From Saccostrea cucullata (lineage: Eukaryota): 64,000 nucleotides of DNA. The first letter of the stretch is position 1; each line of letters starts with the position of its first letter. Under the pieces are notes generated by a model that was not told the DNA's origin, searched no databases, and saw only the letters and a program-made list of their open reading frames with translations. Made by a program: the position numbers and the translations under genes. Location: NCBI RefSeq assembly GCF_032062105.1, contig NW_026933663.1, positions 62,001 through 126,000 on the forward strand. Reading direction: 5' to 3'. Shown one piece after another: positions 13,801-27,011 of the stretch.

Positions 13801-15582
13801 CCATGGACTTTCTTGTGTTGCTCATAAGATTCCTCATCAGGAAACAACCCCTTACACTTCCTACAGGCAAATAAATTCTTGTTGTGTTTGACCTGGTGTT
13901 CGTATAACGTCTGCTTGCTTGGGAACTCTTCATTACATTGGACACAAACGTGGACTTTTTCCCCTTCCTTTTCAGACTCTTTTCTCTTCATTTCTTTATC
14001 CACTGTGTGGGTACTGCGCTCGTGTTTCAGGAGGCCATGCTTTGTAACAAAGCTAGCAGAACACAGGTCACAGAAGTATTTCTTCTCCTGACATGATTTT
14101 GAAGATTTCTGGTGAAGACGGAGCTCCACGATGGAATTGAATTCCTGCTGACAGCCCCTACATTTTTTAGCTTTTGATATTTTCCCTTTCTTGTTTCTTG
14201 ACTTTTCATTGGTAGTTTTATTGTTACTTGATTTCTCATTGGCTCTTGTCCTGACTGAAGTTTTGGGTAAAACTTTTTGATTGGCTTTCCTTCCTCTTCC
14301 TTTCTGAACTGGTGACTTGTCTGTAGATTTTTCATTGGATGCCTCTTTTTTTTGTTTGCTGCTTTCTGAGTTCTCTTCGGTTTCTTCTTCATCAAGTAAT
14401 TTAGCACAAATGTTGGAGACAACATCACTCAGAGTTTTCGCCCCTTCAGCTACATCCATAACTGTATCGTCACTTTCATACTCAATCCCTGAAGCATAAA
14501 TATGGAAATGTTAAACATGTATTGGGCTATGTGTACAGCAAACAAGCTGAGTACATTATTATAAGAAAAATTAACCTCAGGCATATTGGTCTTTCAAATG
14601 ATTTGCATTGCAAAATTATACATTATTGCTGAGAAACCCTTTTCATAGAAAACATATACAGAGGAGCCTCATTTATTCGGATGCTTTAGTTCCTAGTCAA
14701 TTTGTACCGGATATGTGAAGCGTCCAGATACCTGAGTTACCAGTTAAACAAGACAATATTCCGTTCCCATGAAAAAGCGTCCGGATATCTGAAGGTCCAC
14801 TGTAAATTACTATCAAGTGATGGAAAACAATATTTTCTTTGTTTAGGCCCTATCAAAACAATTATTTTTTCAAAAATCCTCTAGTTCACCTACCCGATCT
14901 CCTGGTACTTTTTGCTCTAGATCCCACAAAATCATCACTTCTCTCTTCTTCATTGGGCTGCCAATCCTCGTCATTATCATCATCTACAAAATCATCACCT
15001 GGATCATCATCTTCAGTGTCATCTCCCTCCTCGGCAGTCTTCTTCCCCACTTCTTCTGGGTCAGGCACAAGGCCCTCTTGTTTCCTCTTAGCCTGTCTTG
15101 TAGTGACTCTGGACTTGATTTGTTGAGTGTCTCCAACAGGGACCTTGTCCTTGATCCTTGTTAAGCTTTCCTCTTCCTCCTTGACCTCTGTGACCATTTG
15201 GACCTCTGTGACCTCTTCTTCCTTTTTCTCACTGGCATTACTGACATAATGTTCATCAGGCTTCTCGATTTGATCTCGGACTTCTTCTCCACCTAAACAA
15301 TGAGTACCGGTAATAAGTAAACAATGAGTACAAACAATGTGAAAACAATAAGTAAACATTGAGTAAATAATAAGTAAATGATTTGTAAATGATAAATGAT
15401 AAACAGAAGGCAAATTTTTCTTCTGTTTCTTTACGCTCAGCAGTTTGTTAAATGATAAATGATAAAGAGAAGGCAAATTTTTCTTCTGTTTCTTTACGCT
15501 CAGCAGTTTGTTAATTTTGGTTGCCAATACTTTCAGTAATTAAAAATGTATGGGTGGTGGGGTAAAAATAAAAGTGCCTTCC

Positions 15583-15631
<49 letters not shown>

Positions 15632-16635
15632 ATACATTTTTTTTCTGGAATAGCCCTGAGCAAAAACTATCAAAGAATTCTTTTAAGAAAATAAATAAAG
15701 GTTACCGTAACAGTGGGTGAGGAATTCCTGGAGAAGGTCACATGACCTGCTCTGTAGAAAGGAGGCTCCTTTAGGGGAGGTAAAATGGAGTCGTTCCCTG
15801 GGATCCTCCTTCACAACTAACAGTAGATACTCATGGTTTGTCTGCGTCAACTTCTCACACTGAAAGAGTAAGTGAAAAATTGTGTAGCTAAAGTAAAAAT
15901 TGCTTGTGTATCATAAATAATGCTGGTATAGTTTTTATAATAAAAATTGATTCCTATGTTATTTTTTTTTTGTTTGTCAGGAGCTGACAAATAGATTTTT
16001 AAGGCAGTTGTCCAAGGGCATGTACATGGTCAAAATTCACTTGCCCTACGTGAATTTTTGCTTGCCCTACCATAATCTAAATAATACTGTATTTATAAAT
16101 ATTTTTAAAAAAAGACTGAGTAGATCATGCAAGCCTCCATACCCAGCTTTAAATCTATGGCTAACATATTGATTTATTTTTTATGTCACTTGCCCACGGG
16201 CAAGTGGTTGATAAAATTTCACTTGCCCACTCCTAAAATTCACTAGCCCCGGGCGTCTGGCAATGGGATTTGTCATCCCCTGGTTTGTTTTGTTTTTTTT
16301 TTTTGCTTTTTCAAATGGTCAGAAAAACATTGAAAATTTGTACAAGTAGATTGATTTATGAAGGATATCCTTGGGCCTGGAGGTGTATATATTAGGAAGA
16401 GGGGTGGGTGGGGTATATTCTTATCACTAAAAAAAATGTCATTATATGCCATTAAATCAATATTTCAACATTTAATTACATGCATATATAACAGATCACC
16501 TACAGCATCGTGAAGAAACAGCATTGAGTTTAAGACCCTGGGTTCTCTGACAGAATCGTTCTGAGCACCAGGCACCTGTTTCTTGTCAGTGCATTCTATA
16601 AAGGTTTCTTTGACCATGTTGACCTCCTCCTCCAT
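10862..16635 (-). CDS. Multi-C2H2 zinc-finger protein, ~1112 aa. Coding exons 16635-16504, 15859-15706, 15292-14894, 14488-12453, 11756-11536, 11258-10862
   Basis: All introns are GT-AG and phases join in frame (0,1,1,0,2); total 3339 nt. Roughly 20 C2H2/C2HC-type fingers, including linkers such as HTNERPFQC and HSGAMPFVC, follow an acidic/basic low-complexity region. Confidence 0.92.
15388..15513. repeat. Intronic 63-bp tandem duplication; poly-C run follows at 15584-15631
   Basis: Two near-identical copies of AATGATAAATGATAAA.AGAAGGCAAATTTTTCTTCTGTTTCTTTACGCTCAGCAGTTTGTTA. Confidence 0.85.
15978..16282. mobile_element. hAT-like MITE in zinc-finger gene intron
   Basis: CAGGAGCTGACAAAT ... 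ATTTGTCATCCCCTG inverted ends with internal CACTTGCCC repeats; TSD not clean. Confidence 0.55.
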
Positions 16636-16739
16636 GGTAAGGCAGTCCTTCTCCAGTCAAACCTAAAACAAGATAAAACCAAAGTTAATAAGGACACAGC
16701 AAAGCGGAGCTTACCTTCTCAAACAGTATACCATATGTA

Positions 16740-17130
16740 CAGTAAAACTCATTTACTACAAACACGGATATTGCGAATTCACGGATATAGCAAAGTCATC
16801 TTGGATTCCCAGTTGTATAAATTTAATGAATTCCTTATATACCGTAAATCTGGAAATTTTTGCTGTAGATAAATTTTTAGCAAATTTGCGAATTCATTGC
16901 ATTCGCAAAAATATTTTTCTTAAAAATAAATTACAATAAGGAAATGTAAACAAAGCAGTGGTCATTCCCAAAATTTTAAAACGTAAAAATTAATCAACAG
17001 CATTTTGACCTGAATTCGCAAAATAAAATCGACGTAAAAATTTCCAAATTTACAGTAGTTATAACGAATTATGGATAAAGGGAAGTAATTTCATAGGTCC
17101 CAGCCACTTCTCTATAACCGAGTTTTACTG
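16740..17130. mobile_element. Tc1/mariner-type MITE with a second MITE nested at 16842-17055
   Basis: Outer element TA|CAGTAAAACTC...GAGTTTTACTG|TA. Inner element TA|CCGTAAATCTGGAAATTTTT...AAAAATTTCCAAATTTACAG|TA. Confidence 0.8.
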
Positions 17131-17227
17131 TATACTCGCCTACAAATCGGTCTGCAAATAAGTCTCTTGTATTATTAAAGCTTATATTATATAAATTGAC
17201 CTTCTAAAATACCAGTCTTTTTATACA

Positions 17228-17434
17228 CTGTATACAGGGAAATTTTTGCCCCCGTTTTATTTTCGCCCCTTTTGCCCTCTTCCTGATTTGGCGAATTTAA
17301 AATGGTGCGAATTCAAATTACACAGCATAATTTCTTTAACATAACTAAGACTGGGCGAATTTAAAACGGGGCAAAATTGTACGCAAGTGCAAAAGGGCGA
17401 AAATAACACGGGGCGAAAATAACCCTGTATACAG
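17228..17434. mobile_element. TA-target MITE
   Basis: CTGTATACAGGG...CCCTGTATACAG|TA inverted ends with internal GGCGAA repeats. Confidence 0.75.
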
Positions 17435-18010
17435 TATCACCTGTAAGTCAGACATAGAGTTTTGGACCAATATTTAACTCTCGAAAATCTGACCTATAGG
17501 AGAGTATATACAGTACACCATAAAATTCCTATTGCTTGTTATTCAAACTATTTATATCTTTGCACATGTTTTTGATTTTCACTTAAATCAAGACATCATG
17601 ATTTGCCAGTAGAGGGCTTCAATTTAGACCCCTACTTGCCACTTGCAGCTTTTGAAAGTTGAAAGATTTTTTTTTATGAAACAGGTTCTATTGCAACAGT
17701 CCCATCTGAAGGATGGGTTGTCACATACTGCAGTGGGATTCTGAAAAAAGGATTAACTCTTTACTCCGCAACTCTAGAGCAAACACGTTAACAACTGCAC
17801 CCCTCTTGCTGTTACTGTTTGTTTGCCAAGTGATTAGAATAGGTGCTCATTCATTTTAATTGCACCAGCTCAATTTTAAACAAGTCCGATCCAAAGATTA
17901 TTTTTCTCTATGTAGCTATTAATAGCTACGTAGGTATTAAACGTACCCAAAGCATGCAAAGTAGCTTTTTTGTAGTGAGCGCAGCGAGCTTTGCGCGAAT
18001 AAAAAAACAA

Positions 18011-18996
<986 letters not shown>

Positions 18997-19065
18997 TAAT
19001 AACGTAAAGCATAAAAGGCTTTCATTTTGTAGAAATCTTTCAAAGAAACAACAAATAACTCTGCA

Positions 19066-19648
19066 AGGCCACCCTTAAAAAAATGTTTGTTTGGAATTGC
19101 CGCCTGGGGGTTTTCAGACCCAGGAGGGAGGGAGGGATTTTATTTTTTTTTTTTTACAAATTAAAGCTAAATGATAAAAATATAAATCTCAATGAACAGT
19201 GGTAATTTCCATTTATTATGTTTATTTTTAAAAATCTTTATTAAACAATACTTTTATCAGTCTATTTCGTAGTATTTCTCTTTGAAATTTACCCCTTTGT
19301 TAAGACAACGCTTGCAAACAGTTTGAATCATACAAAATTTCATAGGAATAGCTGAGATGTTTTGACATTTTGGCAGCTTTCAATTTTGTCAAATCGCCAC
19401 CTATAATCGCTATATCATAAATACTATGAAGAAAGCGTTTGATTGACCCGAGTTGTTAAATTAATGTGATATCAAACCCGACTTTGAAAAGCTATTTCGA
19501 CGAACAAACTAACTTGTACTAAACAATGTAAGACGATAAAACGATAAAAAAAATATTGTCAATATTTTGACAATAAAATTTTTTGTGCGGGGGGTATTTT
19601 AATGAGGCGGGCGGCAATTCCAAACAAACTATAATTTTATTTTGGCCC
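19066..19648. mobile_element. MITE with GGCC ends
   Basis: TTTGTTTGGAATTGCCGCC at ~19086 is inverted at ~19611-19628. Ends are GGCCA...TGGCC. Confidence 0.6.
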
Positions 19649-19689
19649 AATGTTTTTCAACCAAAATTGCACTAGGTCTATATTTTCTA

Positions 19690-20210
19690 CCAGACACTCC
19701 TCTGTCTCCGTAAGCTCTGACGAGCTCCATGACATTGTGTGACGTCACAGCTAGTCATGATGTCTCGTGCTGCTTGATTTTTGAAGTGGGTGATCAATTT
19801 TTCAAGTATTTTTCATGGTACCACTGCGCTCGCCCTAGATAGAATGTTCTATTGTTAAAATGATAAATGTCCTACGAACCCGGTTTAACGATAGAATGCC
19901 TTCCGTGTATTCACAATGTAGCAAAGTAACTCATATGAACAATCAAGAGAGTTCCGAACGTAAGCAAGACGTGTAAATTTGAAGCGAGAAAAAAACTTTG
20001 AGAAAAGAAGAAAATACGGTTGTTACCACTATCGGCCTAGTAAATTCGTCAAAAATAAACAATGATACCTTCAGAAATAAAGTGTTGATATATTTTGTAC
20101 ACGATCAGGTCTATCTGATCACGGATGTAAAATGGCGCCAAAACGTCACACAAACGCTACGTAAATCTCAAAACCATACCATGTTTCAATATATTCTCTA
20201 AAAATGGCAG
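19690..20210. promoter_or_regulatory. Probable promoter / 5' UTR exon region of the zinc-finger gene
   Basis: CpG-richer stretch with a perfect CRE palindrome TGTGACGTCACA (19738-19749), a YY1-type AAAATGGCG (20129-20137) and a candidate minus-strand splice donor CTG|GTAGAA near 19690. Confidence 0.4.
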
Positions 20211-20817
20211 TCTTTATATCTTTGATCGCAAAATTCACTTTGGCCGCAATGAACGCGATTCATGAAACTTACATATATTTTTTATAACGCAAAAATGTTT
20301 CGATTTAACAACATCTTGTGAATCGCGTTTGCTGCGGCCAATGTTGAAATTGAGTTTATATGCCTTCTTTGTTTTTCCGGATTTCAAGTTGAGAAATCTA
20401 ATGTGAAATTATTTTTCAATAAAGGCACCGTCATTGCTGTTAATTTTTTTTTTTTAGAAAGTTACAAAATAAGTAAATAAGTCTAATCATAAATCATTAA
20501 GAACATAGACTGAACAATAAATTAGGTAGACAATATATTTTATCCACCCTTCAGGTGAAAACTATCGATAGGGATAACGTTAGATCAGCATGCTTAAAGA
20601 TTGAAGTTAAAGTGTTCATCTGACCCCCCCCCCCCCCAAAAAAAAAAAATGTAACAGAGAAAAATTGTAATAGTACGCAAATAAGATAATATTTAAATAA
20701 TCAAGATTTTTAGCACTTTTTATGTTTGTTTTGCAACTGCATGATATAATTGTTTGATTCTCGCCTGGAAATGTTTATGAATATTACACAATGGATTCAT
20801 TGATGACGTCACAATAG

Positions 20818-23800
20818 CACGGCGGGGAATCTACGTCATCGTAAGGGATTAGGACACACAAAAATGGAGGACAAATGCTCCGCTTCGATGTAAGAAATTG
20901 ATATTTTTGCACTTATAAAGAATGGATATTAAATCAGTATCCTGCCTAAAGTATACCAAAGAACGTCAACTATAATATATATTGTACGTTTGTTCGTGAT
21001 AGAATCTTATTGCTCCAAACACTTCGACACAGTTTGAGAACAAGTGAGAAAAACCCGGAATGTGGGGCACACATTTTTAAAATTCGACCTATTATTCGCA
21101 TGTCCAGATGTACCAAGACATTTTATTCTTCCGCGTTTACACTAGAACTAATATTTTAAAAATCCAGATGTGTTTAATAGTGTATTATGCTTTAACAATC
21201 CAAGAAAAAACTTTAAATCATTTTGTAATCAAAAATGATATAGGGCACACCAACACTAAAACGGATATGGGACACACAATAAGTTACTTTCAAATTGAAA
21301 CATCGAGCATTCATATCTCAATGTTTCCATTTAAATGAATGCTGTTAGGTAGTATATAAACAATAACCTGTAAAACTCATGTTTGTAATACTCATCCACA
21401 TACTTGATTCCCTTGTTTTGCTTGTATCCAAACAAAAATGCTGGTCTATTCCTCAACAAAAGCTTCCAACGAGAATTTTAAATTTTGACTTTTATCAAAT
21501 TTCATGTAGAAATTTACCGGTGTTCACTTGTGCAGGTCTATACTATGGAAAGAGGGGGACCGAAGTCCGGAGATTGTGTTTATTTTATGATATTTCTATT
21601 TTAAATTACACGACCCCCCCCCCCCCCAAAAAAAAAAATAATAAAAACACACATACACATACACACTCACGAAATAAGTTCTTTTTAGGTTGGTTGTTTA
21701 CTCTATTGCTTGTCAAAATAGTCTGATGTCAGAAAATTCTTTGGAGTTTGTGTGGACCCCCCCCCCTTCCATCCCAAAAAAGTTCCTAAATCTGCATATT
21801 GGTATTAATAATAGGATCTTGGGCACTAGTATGTCTTTTAATATGGGAAAGAGATCAAGAACTTTTCTTATGCTCAAATATTTGCAACAACTGACCCTCC
21901 AGATGAATATAAGAATTGTTTTTCTCTAAACATGCTACAATGGTCTATAAAGAGATCGGGAAATTTCAAATTGAAACAAATAGTTTCGGAAAGCTATTTT
22001 ATTTGCTCCTAACTTGCATTCAGGTGAACATAGAATTAGTTATCGAATGTATGAAAGTGGTTGCCAGTGATGGGTAGGGCCAAAACAAAAAATGTCTTTT
22101 CGTTGTTGCCAATCAAAGGTTTTTAGCTGTCATTTTTCTCTGATAATGCCCCCCCCCCTTCCAAAACTTATCCTATAAAAGAGCTTGACATTTCTTTTTT
22201 GGTATAGCTACTAAAGTACTTTTTACAAAAAATCCCACTTTATACTGCTATAGTATTATTTATTTAACCCTGCTCCTATCATTGCTTTTGGCTAATACTC
22301 CAGCAAATTTAAATAAGATGGCATGAAATGCTTTATGAGTACGTAATGTTTAATCACTGATTCATACATGTATAATAAAACAATAATTGTTGGGTTTTTT
22401 TTTCAATCAATACGATGATTTAGCCACCTTCGAAGTACAATATTCATCTTTGTCTTTTTTTCTCAAATATGGAGTCGGTAATAAACTATTAGAATTTTGA
22501 CACAAGTTTGTCAGCTGTTGCAAATATTTGAGCATTAGAAAAGTTTCTTAATCTCCTTTCCTATCAGCTGGCATATTAGAGTCTTGCCGACAAAGATCTT
22601 ATAAATACAAACACTGAATATACGAATACAGAAACTTTTCGGGGGGGGGAGAGGGGGGGGGGGGGGGGGGGGGGGGGTCCACATAAACTAAAAAAAAGTT
22701 CTGACTTCAAAATATTTTTACAAGCAAAGAAATTAAACAATCAACCTAAAAAAAAGCTATTTCATGTGTATTCAATAGGGTCTGGGTCGTGTTACTTAAC
22801 ACAGAAATATCGTATGGTACGTAAAATATACATAGACTCCGGACTTAAACCCTCCTTTTAGATCCGCATACTAGTATCTTTCAATATGATATTTAATAAA
22901 AGTCAAAATTTGAAATTCATTTTGGCAGCTTTTGTTGAGGATCACGCAGGACATTTCAACTTATAATATTTGAATTTTTGTATGGATACAAGCAAACCAA
23001 GGGAAAATCAAATATTTGGATGAGTTTAATTATTACAAAGATGTATTGTACAAGATACAAGATATTTTATTTACCAATCAAGTGCCCCGAGGGGCATTTC
23101 AACACACATAATGTTTATTGACAAATGAGCAAAAAATGTTGTTCATCTTCATATAACATTGTATATAACATTGAGAACACTTTCTAGATTCAGGGGGAAG
23201 TCCTGGATATCTTCCCCTTTCAATATTTAATTAATGTGCAGGAATGCGAAGTTTGTTATATTTTCCTCTGAACATAGTTATTGACAATGTTGAGACAGTG
23301 TTCTCCTCCAAAATTGGTTCTGAAGATGGAATAAGTTCTTAGTTTACCATCATTTTGCTGCCTATTTTCTCTAATTTATTTGGTTTATAAAATATTGTCT
23401 TATAATACATGATGACTTCTTTTTGAATGAACAAGTACTACACGTATATTTTGATAAGTTAATATTTTTGAAAGCAGTTAAATGACCCAAAATTGTCTCA
23501 ATAGATGCAATCCAAGATGGTTTATTTTATAAAAAGATGCTTTTTGAGACGGAGTATGCTTCTTTGAGTAGGACAAAAGATGGATGTAATGTTTTTAGTC
23601 GAAACCAGTAACTTAGCATAGCTTTAATAACTGAATGATATAGGGGAAGAGTCATTGTTCATATACTACCAAACAACAGTCATTTAAATGGAAACATTGA
23701 GATATGAATGCTCGATGTTTCAATTTGAAAGTAACTTATTGTGTGTCCCATATCCGTTTTAGTGTTGGTGTGCCCTACATCATTTCTGAAAACAAAATGA

Positions 23801-24201
23801 TTTAAACCTTTTTCGTGGATAATTAAAGCATAATACACTGTGAAACAAATCTGGATTTTTTAAAATATTAGTTCTAGTGTAAACGCGGAAGAATAAAATG
23901 TCTTGGTACATCTGGACATGCAAATAAAAGGTCGAATTTTAAAAATGTGTGCCCCACATTCCGGGTTTTTCTCACTTGTTCTCAAACTGTGTCGAAGTGT
24001 TTGGAGCAATAAGATTCTATCACGAACAAACGTACAATATATATTATAGTTGACGTTCTTTGGTATACTTTAGGCAGGATACTGATTTAATATCCATTCT
24101 TTATAAGTGCAAAAATATCAATTTCTTACATCGAAGCGGAGCATTTGTCCTCCATTTTTGTGTGTCCTAATCCCTTACGATGACGTAGATTCCCCGCCGT
24201 G
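20818..24201. mobile_element. Long-TIR foldback DNA transposon, Transib/RAG-like by termini (non-autonomous)
   Basis: AATAG|CACGGCGGGGAATC...GATTCCCCGCCGTG|AATAG, a 5-bp TSD. Outer arms (~550 bp) are near-identical; diverged inner arms continue to ~21895/22505. No transposase ORF. Confidence 0.85.
23100..23650 (-). mobile_element. Decayed 3' fragment of an RTE-X-like LINE ORF2 inserted in the foldback's right arm
   Basis: Minus-strand translation gives FPLYHSVIKAMLSYWFRL...GKLRTYSIFRTNF...KLRIPAH*LNIERGRY...RKCSQC...EDEQHFLLIC with stops and frameshifts. It is absent from the left arm. Confidence 0.75.
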
Positions 24202-24694
24202 AATAGATAGTTTAAAAATACCTTTTTTCAACTTTTTTTTAAGTTGCTGACTTGCTGTTGATAATATTTTTTAGAACTTTAATATATGACAATTTATAAT
24301 TGTGAAGAGATCCTGAGATTAGGTTGACGAGAAAGGTAAATTGGTTTTTTTTTTCTTTTTTTTTTTTGTTCAAGTAAATTCAATCGATCTAGACCTACTT
24401 ATATATATAAGAATAAAAATGCTTGTTAAATTTCTAACAAATGAATGGTTGCATGTTCCTTCTGAAAAACGTTCTGAAATCCAGAAAAAGAAAGTATGAT
24501 AGTTATTTTTTTTTTCAGGGTAAGCTGTCCAACAAAACTAGTCATTGTTGCTGTAAATATAAATATCTGGTACACCCGATGGTATTAAGATCATATAAGT
24601 GGGCTCTACTGTATTCAGTGTATTATGTAAAATGAATAAAATCCACTGCCTTTATGTATATTTAGTGGTGCATATTGCATAATACATGTTTCAA

Positions 24695-24972
24695 CACTGA
24701 AAAAAATAATTAGTGAAAGTCACTGGGAAGACTAGTAAATTTACTGTCCATACAATCACTACCTTAAAAGTAGTTTTACTGGGAATTGGGTAGATTTACT
24801 AGATAACATTAGTAAATCTAAGCATTTATTAGTAACTTTCACTAGGTATTTTAGTATCTTTACGACCACTACACCACTTTTCACTATCTTAGCTAGTAAA
24901 CAGGATGATTACTTATCACTGTCCATACAATCACTACCTTAAAAGTAGTTTAACTAGGTAATTCTCTAAGTG
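24695..24972. mobile_element. EnSpm/CACTA-type MITE
   Basis: AA|CACTGAAAAAAA...TCTCTAAGTG|AA with a 2-bp TSD; same family as 40529-41894. Confidence 0.7.
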
Positions 24973-25322
24973 AAGTTCATTACAATGTTTATAAGTATAG
25001 AATGTAATTTAATTATAAAATTGGGGTGGTGGGGTGGGCATGCCCCTTCGTTTGAGAGAATTATTATACAATTATTATACAATTTACCTGTGTAATAATT
25101 TCAAATAATTCCACACGTAACATTCAGAAACCTAGTTTTTTGACTGATTCATAAACCTGTTCTTGCAAAAAAAATCTTAACCTCTCCCGTCCCTTCCCGT
25201 GACAATTTGTATGTATGTACCTTGTTTTTCCTTCTAAAAACAATACTTAAACTGACTCCGCATTGTCAGTTCCTCCATAAATTGCAACAAAGTTGTAAGG
25301 GGTTATATAAATGAGTTATATT

Positions 25323-26623
25323 TAAGGAATAACTGTCTTATTTTTTGAATTCATGAAGTGATCAATGGATTGGCTTGTGTGGTAATTTGCATAAACGCCG
25401 AAGGCGTTTATGCATAAAATTATCACACAAGCCAATCCATTGATCATCTTCATGAATTCGAAAAATTTGACAGTTATTTCTTATATTTACATGCTTTGAT
25501 TCGGCCAATCCACGGGCTCCAAGCCTGCTTCTCTCTAGGTGTGTCCCGCCTTGCACGTGGTTTTTTTTTCGAACCGCGCCAAAACATTCACGAGGAAATC
25601 AATTACATTTACATTTGGTAATTTTATCTCAGACAAAGACATTGGAAATGTAAATATAAATAGATAATATATATAAGCGCATACGAATAAACAGATGAAT
25701 AAGTATTCATTTTCTGGCTTGCACTTGCATTTTGTCTTATTACGACTTGCTTTCCTTATTTTACTCCAGCAATTGCATTTTAGTGTCATTGTTCAAAAAA
25801 GTTGTGTGAAATCATATTCCGATTTTTCTTTCGTCGACTTGAAAACAGACAGCGGTAAATAAATTTCATTTGCATTTTCATTGCAATTGCATTTTAGTGT
25901 CATTGTTCAAAAAAGTTGTGTGAAATCATATTCCGAATTTTCTTTCGTCGACTTGAAAACAGACAGCGGTAAATAAATTTCAATTGACAACATTATAATG
26001 TAATTGCATAAAAGGCAGTCCGATTAAAATCAAACCTTCACAAGCTCCTTTTTATTTTGTTTGTCGCGTGAAGGGTGGTGTCTTCTATAAATATTTACAA
26101 AAACATTTGGACAAGTAATAAAGTATATTCTGACATTGACTGGGGGTATCTTCACCCGTCAAAAACACTGAACGTAGTTTTGATTTTTTAATGCTTGTCA
26201 AATTAACTGGGAATTTAATGAAATGGTCTCTAAACATCATCGAAAAACTCATTCAGTCATACAGTGGTTTAAAAGTAAATATTTCCATTTCTAACTTTTC
26301 TCTCTGTGATAACTCTTTGAGAGCTAGCGGAGTTAATTTCTTGATAATTCTACCGGAATTTAAATGGTAGGTCAATATGTCAGGAGCTAAGGAGGCCTAA
26401 TATGCATGCAAATCTTGTGCACATCTGTCTCGGAGCCTGACGCTAAGGATGCCAAATATGCATGAAAATCTTGTGTGGCTGCCTTTGTGTTTGATGTCAG
26501 TGGGAGAGGGCTTTGGAAATTGGGACGGGAATCATCGTGTAAATTAAATCCATGTCTGTATTTTTAAGGTCTAAATCTACAATTTTATTTCACAATGAAA
26601 TGGAAATATAAGAAATCACTGTC
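25323..26623. mobile_element. Crypton-like element with a large terminal palindrome
   Basis: ~165-bp palindrome centred on GCCGAAGGC (25397-25405). Its arm sequence recurs inverted at ~26597-26623. Internal 115-bp (25769-25982) and ~63-bp (26382-26476) tandem duplications. Confidence 0.5.
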
Positions 26624-26970
26624 TAGTTAGGAGGGTATATCAAGGACATCAACAATAGTGGGAAACATGGGATAATTTAAGCATAACGGGCTTCATTCAA
26701 AAACATGACAAAATTGATGGAAGCGTGTTGTTTTGCGACTTTGCTTCAGGAAGTCTTAGAGCTAGCATCAAGAAGCTCTAAGGTGAGGACTTTGTGTCCA
26801 GGTACAGACTTTGTATTCGTGGACGACATTATTTGCCGGTACTGAAGAGGTCCAGACACTTAGGGAGAACTCTTGCTAAGCTTTGGTTCGAAGCTTCCCT
26901 AAGCCGGGGGGGGGGGGGGGGGGGGTACAAATTATATGCAACATATAATGCCTTGCTACATGTAGGTTTT

Positions 26971-27011
26971 CAGCAACGGCGAGCCTGTGTAACCTTTGGA
27001 TGGGTGACCGC
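26971..27011 (+). pseudogene. 5S rRNA-derived fragment (SINE3-like head)
   Basis: CAGCAACGGCGAGCCTGTGTAACCTTTGGATGGGTGACCGC resembles the 5S internal control region ...TTAGTACTTGGATGGGAGACCGC. Confidence 0.5.

Noticed and set aside
12405-14499. Several overlapping short ORFs (plus strand and alternative frames)
   Set aside because: Shadow frames of the zinc-finger exon.
14886-15527. 213-aa ORF as a separate gene
   Set aside because: Only 15292-14894 is an exon of the zinc-finger gene; the repeated N-terminal peptide comes from an intronic 63-bp duplication.
26820-26855. Hammerhead ribozyme (CTGAAGAG with GGAC/GTCC stem)
   Set aside because: The required GAAA core reads GACA, and stems I and III cannot be formed convincingly.
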